Origin: an uncultured Solirubrobacterales bacterium
Lineage (GTDB): Bacteria; Actinomycetota; Thermoleophilia; Solirubrobacterales; Solirubrobacteraceae
DNA length: 64,000 bases
Direction: 5' to 3'
NCBI GenBank assembly: GCA_963788385.1
Contig: CAWBGR010000012.1
Coordinates: forward strand, 24,843 to 88,842
Below, in pieces: positions 37,091 through 44,626 of this stretch; position 1 is the stretch's first letter; each line of letters opens with the position of its first letter. The position numbers and the translations under genes were made by a program. Under the pieces are notes generated by a model. That model saw only the letters and a list, made by a program, of their open reading frames with translations, did not search any database and was not told the origin of the DNA.

Positions 37091-39256
37091 ATGCGCCATG
37101 AGGGCCCGTTGACGACGCTCCTGATCGACAACCACGACTCGAACACCTTCAACCTTTTCCAGCTGCTGGCGCTGGTCGAGGGTAGCGAGCCGGTGGTCGT
37201 GCGCAACGACGAAGCCGAGTGGCTGGCGCTCGACGCCGGGCGCTTCGCCCGCTGCGTCATCTCCGCCGGCCCGGGACGGCCCGACCGCCCGCGCGACTTC
37301 GGCCTCTCGCGCAGCGCGCTGGCACAGACTGACCTTCCGGTGCTCGGCGTCTGTCTCGGGCACCAGGGCCTCGTGCTGGCCCACGGCGGCGAGGTCAGCG
37401 CCGCGCCGCGGCCCATGCACGGGCGGCGCAGCCGTATCTTCCACCACGGCTGCGAGTTGTTCGGGGGGATCCCACAGGGCTTTCTCGCGGTGCGCTATCA
37501 CTCGTTGTCGGTTCGCGAGCCGCTGCCCGCCGCACTCGAGGTCATCGCCCGCACGGCGTCGGGAACGGTGATGGCGGTCCGCCATCGCGAGCACCCGCAT
37601 TGGGGGGTGCAGTTTCACCCGGAGTCGGTGCAGACGGAGTGGGGCGCGCGGCTGCTCGAGAATTTCTGCCGCCTGGGAAGCGGGCGCAGCACAGGAGTGC
37701 GCAACGCACGCGGGCGCAACGGCGGCGGCGCCCCCGCTCCGGCGCCGACGCCCACGCCCACGCCGCGCGCCCGGCGCCCGGCGCAGGGGCTCGAGCTTGT
37801 CGTGCGCTCGGTGCGCCGGCCGCCGCTCGCCGAGGACGCCTTCGTGGAGCTCTACGGGGCGCAGCGCAACGCCTTCTGGCTCGACTCGAGCTGCGAAGTC
37901 CCGCCGCTCGGAGCGTTTTCCTACATGGGCGCGGGCGGCGGACCGCTGTCGGCGCTGATCTGCCACGACGTCGCCGCGCACCGCCTGACGGTCGATCGCG
38001 GCGGACGCCGCGAGACCCATGACACCGCGCTCTTCGACTGGCTTGACCGCGAGCTTGCCGAGCTCTCGGTCGCGGGCCGCGACCTCCCGTTCGAGTTCAT
38101 CGGGGGATTCGTCGGCTACCTTGGCTACGAGCTGAAGGCCGAGTGCGGGGGCGCGCTCGCGCATCGCTCGCTCCTCCCGGATGCTGCGCTGATGTTCGCC
38201 GACCGCGTGATCGCCTACGACCACACCGCGGATGAGGCTCACGCGATCTGCCTGACGACGTCAGCCGACCGCGCGGACGCGGCGAGCTGGGCCGAGCACA
38301 TCGCCGGCCGGCTGCGCCGCGTGCGCAGAGCCCCACCACCGCAGCCGAGCGATCCCGGCGGGCTCACGCATTTTGCGCTGCGCCGCGCCGCCGAGGATTA
38401 CCTCACCGACATCGAGACCTGCCAGCGGCTGCTCGCGGCCGGCGAGAGCTATGAGATCTGCCTCACCAACGAACTCCTCGCGCCGCCATGCACGAACACG
38501 CTCGGCCTGCACCGTGTGCTGCGCCGCGTCAACCCGGCCCCGTTCGCCGCGTTCCTGCGCCTGGGCGGCGTCGAGGTCTCAAGCTCCTCGCCTGAGCGCT
38601 TCCTTGCTCTCGACCGCTCCCGGCGCCTCGAAGCCAGGCCGATCAAGGGCACCGTTGCGCGCGGCGTGACCGTGAGCGAGGACCGCGAGGCGGCAGCCCG
38701 CCTGCGCCGCGCCGGCAAGGACCGCGCCGAGAACCTGATGATCGTCGACGTGCTGCGCAACGACCTCGGCCGGGTTGCCGAGATCGGCTCGGTCGCGGTG
38801 CCCAGTCTGATGGCCGTCGAGAGCTACGAGACCGTGCACCAGCTCGTCTCGACGGTCCATGCGCGGCTGCGCGACGGCGTGACCATCGTCGACGCGCTGC
38901 GTGCGTCCTTCCCGGGCGGCTCGATGACCGGCGCTCCAAAGACACGCACGATGGAGCTGCTCGACCGCATCGAGACCCGTCCGCGCGGCATCTACTCGGG
39001 CGCGATCGGCTACCTGTCGGCAGCCGGCGCCGCCGACCTCAGCATCGCGATCCGCACAATCGTCAACTCCACTCGCGCGATGACGATCGGCGCCGGCGGC
39101 GCGATCACCGTGCAGTCGGACCCCCGCGCCGAGTTGCGCGAGCTGCTGCTGAAGGCACGCGCGCCGCTCGAGGCCGTCGGGCTGGCGCAACACGGCCGCC
39201 GCGACAGCGCGAGGCTCGCCGGCGGCGCTCAGAACTCGACGTTCGCGGCGAGGTAG
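37091..39256 (+). CDS. pabAB: aminodeoxychorismate synthase, fused glutamine amidotransferase (PabA) + chorismate-binding (PabB) components
   Basis: N-terminal LLIDNHDSNTFNLFQ...PVLGVCLGHQG...GVQFHPES. Pro/Thr/Ala linker. C-terminal chorismate-binding motifs (SSSPERFL, ENLMIVDVLRND, FPGGSMTGAPK, GIYSGAIGY). Confidence 0.9.
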   Translation: MRHEGPLTTLLIDNHDSNTFNLFQLLALVEGSEPVVVRNDEAEWLALDAGRFARCVISAGPGRPDRPRDFGLSRSALAQTDLPVLGVCLGHQGLVLAHGGEVSAAPRPMHGRRSRIFHHGCELFGGIPQGFLAVRYHSLSVREPLPAALEVIARTASGTVMAVRHREHPHWGVQFHPESVQTEWGARLLENFCRLGSGRSTGVRNARGRNGGGAPAPAPTPTPTPRARRPAQGLELVVRSVRRPPLAEDAFVELYGAQRNAFWLDSSCEVPPLGAFSYMGAGGGPLSALICHDVAAHRLTVDRGGRRETHDTALFDWLDRELAELSVAGRDLPFEFIGGFVGYLGYELKAECGGALAHRSLLPDAALMFADRVIAYDHTADEAHAICLTTSADRADAASWAEHIAGRLRRVRRAPPPQPSDPGGLTHFALRRAAEDYLTDIETCQRLLAAGESYEICLTNELLAPPCTNTLGLHRVLRRVNPAPFAAFLRLGGVEVSSSSPERFLALDRSRRLEARPIKGTVARGVTVSEDREAAARLRRAGKDRAENLMIVDVLRNDLGRVAEIGSVAVPSLMAVESYETVHQLVSTVHARLRDGVTIVDALRASFPGGSMTGAPKTRTMELLDRIETRPRGIYSGAIGYLSAAGAADLSIAIRTIVNSTRAMTIGAGGAITVQSDPRAELRELLLKARAPLEAVGLAQHGRRDSARLAGGAQNSTFAAR

Positions 39257-42075
39257 GCGAGCGAGGCGCTCCACGAGCTGCCGGAGACCGTGCCCGCAAG
39301 GGTCAGCGGCATGATGAAGTGCAGGCCGGCGAAGGCCGCCGGCGGCGTGGTCGAGTCCTCGGCTGACAGCGTGAGCGTCGTGGAGTGCGAGGCCGTCGGG
39401 GCAGCGGGCGCCGTCGTCCCCGCGCCGGGATAGAGGTCTGACTCGCTCAGCGCCGGACAGCTCCCGGCGCCGGCTGGGAACAGGCAGGTCGTGGTGCCGT
39501 TGTTGGCGGCTTGCACCGAGATCTCGACGCCGCCGTCCTGCGTCGGGGCGCTGGCAGGGTCGCTGAGCGTCCAGTAGGCGGTCGGCGAGAGTGAGAGCAG
39601 TTCGCTCGCCAGCGCAGATTGTGTGGCCTCGCCCTTGATCGTCGTGTCGGTCGCGGCGGAGACCGCTGAGGGAATCACGGCCAGATCGGCGAGCTCGCCG
39701 GTCCACTGCTCGTTGGTCGGCATGTCGGCCCAGGTGCCGGTGTTGTTCATGAACCCGACCGTCCAGTAGCCGGCGTAGTTGAGGTCGCTGATCCCGGAGG
39801 TCTTGCTCGCGACCTGCGCACCATCGATGTACAGGGTCAACGTGGACGGCGTGAACACGGCGACGGCGAGATGCCATGCGTTGTTGTCGTAGGTCGCGGT
39901 GGAGGCCGCCTCGACGCCGGTGCCGCCGCTGATGCCGGCGACGACCTTGCCGCTGTTGTCCATCCAGATCTGGCGGTCGTGCGAGAGCCCGGCGCCGCTC
40001 TGTGCGGCGTCGTAGCCGATGATTCCGCCTCCCGTCGCGTGACTCGGCGCCTTGAACCACGCGACCAGCGAGAAGGTGTCGGGCGCCGAGGCTAGGGGAA
40101 TCGCGCCGGCTGTCTCCATGTAGCCGCTCGCCCCGCTCAGGGCGGCCGCGTAGCTCGACGTGCCCAGCGGGCCGGGGACCCCCAGCGTCACCGTGGCGCC
40201 CACCGCGGTGGCGTCGTCGTTGGCGCTCGAGGAGTCCGGCTCGACTTCGAAGAACGGGAAGGCCTCGCTCTCGGTCGTGCCGCTGTCGGTGAGTGGCCAG
40301 TAGAAGCCGGGAGCATCGGTGAGCATCTGCGCCTCGTAGGCGCCGAGGCTTGTCTCGCCGTGCAGGGTCGTGATCTGCGCGGCGCTCAGAGCCGAGGCGA
40401 AGTAGGCGAAATGCGCGAGCTCACCGGTCCAGTAGTCGTCAGTCGGCTGGTCGGTCCAGTTTGTCGCTGCGTTGAGGACGCCGATCTGCCAGTAGCCGCC
40501 GCTCGCCCCGCCCGAGGTGGCGCTGGCGTTGGTGACTGCCGTGCCCGCGTCGACGTAGACCTTCAGCCCGGACGAGTTCACCGTGGCAACGAGCAGATGC
40601 CACTGCCCGTTGTTGTAGGCGCTCGTCGAGGTCGCCTGGTAGTAGGACGAGGACTTGTGCACGCCGACGACGATCTTGCCGCTGTTATCCATCCACGCGG
40701 CGGGGTCGTTCCCGGTACCCGAGCCCGAACGGGCACTGTCGAAGGTGAGGATGCCGCCACCGCCGCTCCAGCCGCTGGGCACCCGGAACCACACCGCGAT
40801 CGTGAACGCAGCCGGGAGTGCGGCGTTGGCGGTCGCGGTCTCGGCCCAGCTCGTCCCGTCGGTGGCGCCGTCGAAGTACATCGCGCCGTCGTTCGCGAAC
40901 GGGCCAGCGTCGGATGGCGTCACGCCGCCCATCGGCGTCCCGAGATTGTTGTTGCCGGTGAGGTCGGGCAGCGACGCCACGACGGGCAGGCCGGTCGCCG
41001 TCGTCGAGGCCGATTGCAGGGGCCAGAACTCGCTCGGCGAGTCGGCGAGGACACGGGTTTCGAAGCTCGACTCGGTGCCCGATCCGCTGTTGTAGAGCGT
41101 CGTCACCTGCGCTGCCGACAGCGCCGACGGGAACACGGCGACCTCGGCGAGTGAGCCGGCGAGGTAGTAGCTCAAGGGCGTCGGGACGTAGACCGCGCCA
41201 TAGGCCCAGCCGACCGTCCAATAGCCGTCGTAGGCCTGAGCTGAGGTGGCGCTCGCGTTGGTGGCGACGGAGGTGCCGTTGACGTAGATCTTCAGCCCCG
41301 CGGTGGAGCTGAACGACGCCACGACGTAGTACCAGCTGCCGGTGTTGTAGGTGGCCGACGTGGTGGCAACCTGAGTGGTGCCGCCTGTGTACTCGCCGGC
41401 GGCGATGTGCCCTGAGTTGTCCATCCACAGGTTGGGCGCCCACCCCGCGGGCGTCCCGCTCTGGGAGGTCGCGAAGCCGACAATCTCGCCGCCGCTCGAG
41501 TAGCCCGAGGCGACATCGACCCAGGCTGCCAGCGTGAAGTTGCCGCCCGACGGGCTCGCGACCTTCTGTTGCGTCTCGAGCATGCCGGTCGACCCGTTGA
41601 AGCTAGCGGCGGCGGCGCTCAGCGGGCCGCTCGCGCCGAACGTAACGCCCCCGAGCGGGAACGCGTCGTCACCGTCGCCGGACGCATCGCTGGCGACCTC
41701 CAGCCCGCCCGTCGCGCTGGTGAGCGTCGCGGAACTCGGCGCTGAGGTGCCGGCGTTCGCGAATGTGCTCGTCAGTGAGCTCGGCAAGAGGCTCGAGAGC
41801 TCCGAGCCCGGCCATGGGTTCCCGGTGCAACTGGTGCTGTCGCTGCTGAACGGCGCGCTCGTCGCGCCGGTCGAGGTGCACGTGCCGCCGCCGGCCGGCG
41901 CGTTCGTCAGCACAACCGAGGCCGCGGTCGTCGTTCCGCTCCCCGTGATCGTCGCCGTGAACGCGGCCAGCGTCGGCGTCGTGGCCGCCACCAGCGCCAC
42001 GGAGAGGCTGAACAGGATCAACCGCCGGACCAGGCGCCCACTGGGCCGGCGCAGCTTGGCGGCGCGGCCGCTCAC
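39229..42075 (-). CDS. 948-aa secreted protein: SipW-type signal peptide, TasA-like N- and C-terminal segments, three internal LamG/concanavalin-A-like lectin modules
   Basis: GTG start. N-terminus RRLILFSLSVALVAATTPTLAAFTATITGSG. Three repeats carry W(V/F)...GGG(I)...WMDNSG(H/K)(I/V).(A/V)G...Y(N/D).(G/N).W(Y/H)...L(K/T).Y(V/I).G. The termini resemble gene 43507..44202. Confidence 0.8.
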   Translation of the reverse strand: MSGRAAKLRRPSGRLVRRLILFSLSVALVAATTPTLAAFTATITGSGTTTAASVVLTNAPAGGGTCTSTGATSAPFSSDSTSCTGNPWPGSELSSLLPSSLTSTFANAGTSAPSSATLTSATGGLEVASDASGDGDDAFPLGGVTFGASGPLSAAAASFNGSTGMLETQQKVASPSGGNFTLAAWVDVASGYSSGGEIVGFATSQSGTPAGWAPNLWMDNSGHIAAGEYTGGTTQVATTSATYNTGSWYYVVASFSSTAGLKIYVNGTSVATNASATSAQAYDGYWTVGWAYGAVYVPTPLSYYLAGSLAEVAVFPSALSAAQVTTLYNSGSGTESSFETRVLADSPSEFWPLQSASTTATGLPVVASLPDLTGNNNLGTPMGGVTPSDAGPFANDGAMYFDGATDGTSWAETATANAALPAAFTIAVWFRVPSGWSGGGGILTFDSARSGSGTGNDPAAWMDNSGKIVVGVHKSSSYYQATSTSAYNNGQWHLLVATVNSSGLKVYVDAGTAVTNASATSGGASGGYWQIGVLNAATNWTDQPTDDYWTGELAHFAYFASALSAAQITTLHGETSLGAYEAQMLTDAPGFYWPLTDSGTTESEAFPFFEVEPDSSSANDDATAVGATVTLGVPGPLGTSSYAAALSGASGYMETAGAIPLASAPDTFSLVAWFKAPSHATGGGIIGYDAAQSGAGLSHDRQIWMDNSGKVVAGISGGTGVEAASTATYDNNAWHLAVAVFTPSTLTLYIDGAQVASKTSGISDLNYAGYWTVGFMNNTGTWADMPTNEQWTGELADLAVIPSAVSAATDTTIKGEATQSALASELLSLSPTAYWTLSDPASAPTQDGGVEISVQAANNGTTTCLFPAGAGSCPALSESDLYPGAGTTAPAAPTASHSTTLTLSAEDSTTPPAAFAGLHFIMPLTLAGTVSGSSWSASLAYLAANVEF

Positions 42076-42206
42076 AGCGGTCTCCCCTCCGGCGCCCGCG
42101 ACGGCGGCCCGCCGCCGCCCCGCTCGCCCCCTGCGCTCGCGTGCTCGTTCCGAGCACCCAGGCGGCGCGTGTCTCTGTCAGAGCTTCGCCACATTGCCGC
42201 TTCCTG

Positions 42207-43484
42207 TCACCCGCGGGCTTCGGCTGCTTCGCGGCCGACGCTGAGCCTGGCGAGCACGCGGCCGCGAGGGAGGCGACGGCGGGCTCGGTCTGGCGCGAGC
42301 GTCTCGGTACCTTCGCGCAGCGCCAGCATGCCAACCGCGAGCGGAGACAGCACGATCGCCGCAACCAGCACCCAGGCCCAGATTGGCAGGATCGCGTGCG
42401 CTTGTAGCGTCGAGTTCGAGCGGCTTGCCAGGCGCGCCGCGATGATGCCGGCGTGACCGGGCTCGATCACCGTGTGCGTGCCGGTGATGCTGATACGCAA
42501 AGGCAGAACGCCGCCGTTGACGAGCCGCGCAAGGAAGTTCGCACCCGAATGGGAGGAGGCGGCCATCGTCACGCCGCCATGGTGCGCTCCACGCGCGGCG
42601 GCGCTGTGCCCACCGGCAGCGGCGGTTGTGACCCGTCCGGCGCTCGCGACCGCAACCCGCACGAACGGCCGGACCATGTACAGCGGCAATGCGAAGGCGC
42701 CGCCGACCGTCACCGAGCGCATCGCCGGGCGCAGAAAGCGGGGCAGTATGAGGCTGAGGATCGCCCCCGCCGCAAGTACCGCGAGAGCCCACGGAAGCCC
42801 GTTCACCACCCAGCCGAGGTCGGGGATGATGGCGACCGGCACACCGATGATCGAGGTGCGCGTGAGCTCCCAGCCGTCGTCTGAGGTGTTCAGGTCGCCG
42901 CGGGTGCGAAACGCGCCGCCGGGGAGAAGCTGTGCGACCCGGTGCATGTAGACCGCGCCGGTGCTCGGAACGTGGAAGGCGACGACCATCCCGCGCCGCA
43001 GCGGGGCGGCCCCGATCGGCCGGGTCAGCACGAGGCTCCCAGCCGGCGCCGTCGTTCCCATCGAGGGGGTCTGCATCACGAGCATGTCGCCGTGGGCGAT
43101 GAAGATCCACCCGCCGAGGGCGAGCGCGGCCAGCGCACCCAGAGCAACCGGCAGCCAGCGAGCCAGTCGCCGCGCACGATATGAGCGCCGCGCCGGCGAG
43201 CCTGGCGGCCGCCTCGAAGCTGCGGTTCGAACCTGGTCGCCTGCTGCGCTCGCGGCCGGCGCGAGTTGCCGGATTGCCGCGGCAGCGGGCTGCGCCGTGC
43301 GCTCCGGCGCGCGTGCGCCGGCCGGCTGAGCAGCGCCGCCGCGGCGGCGCCCGAAGATCCACGCGCCGAGCGCGGCGAGGATCAGCGTGCCGGCGACGGC
43401 CGCCAGCCGGCCGCGAAGCGGCCGAGGCACGCGGTTTGCCGGAGCAACTGCCCCGTCCGCGCGCCTCGGCTTGACCTGCGCCAT
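42207..43484 (-). CDS. signal peptidase I, S26B (SipW / Sec11 / archaeal-type, Ser-His) with N-terminal extra TM plus linker and ~170-aa C-terminal extension
   Basis: Boxes QTPSMGTTAPAGSLVL (Ser), VYMHRVAQ (His in place of Lys), FRTRGDLNTSDDGW (GDNN..D box). ATG at 43484 preceded by AAGAGG. TM helices flank the catalytic domain. Confidence 0.75.
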   Translation of the reverse strand: MAQVKPRRADGAVAPANRVPRPLRGRLAAVAGTLILAALGAWIFGRRRGGAAQPAGARAPERTAQPAAAAIRQLAPAASAAGDQVRTAASRRPPGSPARRSYRARRLARWLPVALGALAALALGGWIFIAHGDMLVMQTPSMGTTAPAGSLVLTRPIGAAPLRRGMVVAFHVPSTGAVYMHRVAQLLPGGAFRTRGDLNTSDDGWELTRTSIIGVPVAIIPDLGWVVNGLPWALAVLAAGAILSLILPRFLRPAMRSVTVGGAFALPLYMVRPFVRVAVASAGRVTTAAAGGHSAAARGAHHGGVTMAASSHSGANFLARLVNGGVLPLRISITGTHTVIEPGHAGIIAARLASRSNSTLQAHAILPIWAWVLVAAIVLSPLAVGMLALREGTETLAPDRARRRLPRGRVLARLSVGREAAEARG

Positions 43485-43506
43485 GACGATCGACCTCTTG
43501 GATCGA

Positions 43507-44202
43507 TTACTGGTTGAGCGTGAAGGTGAATCCCTGGGTGGCCTGGAGTCCCATGTCGTTGTTCGTCGCTGAGGTGTCGAGCTTGGTGCTCACGACGACG
43601 GTGTCGGAGGCGCCGGCGGCCAGGCCGGAGCCGATCGTGGCGGCACTCGTCAGCGTCGCGAGCGTGTAGGTGCTCGACAGCGCCGGGCAGGCACTGGCCT
43701 GCGACGGGTAGTAACAGACCGAGGCGCCGTTGCCGATCGTGATGTCGACCTTGCCGCAGAACCCGGCGGTGTCACTTCCGTAGAAGGTGCCGCTGCCGGC
43801 CGCCGTGCACGTCGCCGGTGTCACGGTGAAGGTCCCAGCGTTTGTCGTGCCGACATTGGTGAATGTCAGCGTCTGCGTGTTCGCCGTGCCGCCCGGGACC
43901 TGGCCGGTCGGTGCGCCGAAGGTGTCGATCGTGGTGCAGCTGTAGCTGTTGCCGCCCAGGATGGCGCCGCTCGCCACGCCGGCGGAATAACAGGTGTTGG
44001 AGCTGCCGACCTCCTTGAGCACGATCGTGCCGGCGGTCAGCGTGCCGTTCTGGGTGATCGTGGCGTTGAACGCACCGAGTGCGCCCATCGTCGTCAGGGC
44101 CAGAGCCGCGGCAACCGCTGCCCCGACCGCGGCGGTCGTCACAGCCTGCTGTTTTGACCGTGGCCGGGGATGCTGGTGATGTCGAATCTTGATCAAGCGC
44201 AT
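43507..44202 (-). CDS. TasA/camelysin-like secreted protein with SipW-type signal peptide (231 aa)
   Basis: ATG at 44202 (GAGGA upstream). Basic n-region, h-region AAVGAAVAAALALTTMGALG, then AFNATITQNGTLTAGTIVL, as in SipW substrates. Beta-rich Thr/Gly/Ser mature part with paired Cys. Confidence 0.7.
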   Translation of the reverse strand: MRLIKIRHHQHPRPRSKQQAVTTAAVGAAVAAALALTTMGALGAFNATITQNGTLTAGTIVLKEVGSSNTCYSAGVASGAILGGNSYSCTTIDTFGAPTGQVPGGTANTQTLTFTNVGTTNAGTFTVTPATCTAAGSGTFYGSDTAGFCGKVDITIGNGASVCYYPSQASACPALSSTYTLATLTSAATIGSGLAAGASDTVVVSTKLDTSATNNDMGLQATQGFTFTLNQ

Positions 44203-44626
44203 GCTCGTTTCGTCCTCGGAATCGTCGCGGCAGCGCCTCAAATTGCGTCGGCGCACCTGGTCTATTTGTCCGCGATATCGGTCCACGTCCTGGGCCGCTT
44301 GACAGCCGGAAGATTCCTTTCATTTCTTCGAAAACTGATGAACAGCCGCGAGCGCGTGCTTCGCGCGCGACGGCCACCGCCCGCGCGGCGCATGACGCGC
44401 GCACGGCAAGCTGATCGCCGCCGGTGCGGCGAGGCGCCGGCCGCACGAACGGACCCACTGCGTTCGGCTTCAGCGGGCGATCGCCGCGGTCGGTCTGCTG
44501 CTCGCTGGAGCCCGCCGATCCGCGTCTTGGCTCGGCGTACGACCGTCCCCCGCGATGTTCAGTTTGCGCGAGCGCTCCGCGCAGTCGCTGTGGCGCCGGG
44601 CGGGGCCCGGCGAACCGCCTCCCCGC

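Noticed and set aside
44296-44330. Perfect TTGACA hexamer on the plus strand in the AT-richer patch upstream of the TasA-like gene
   Set aside because: It is oriented away from the TasA-like operon and has no convincing -10 element at 17 nt. There is no plus-strand gene to drive, since the next gene (MFS) is on the minus strand. I cannot assign a promoter by eye.
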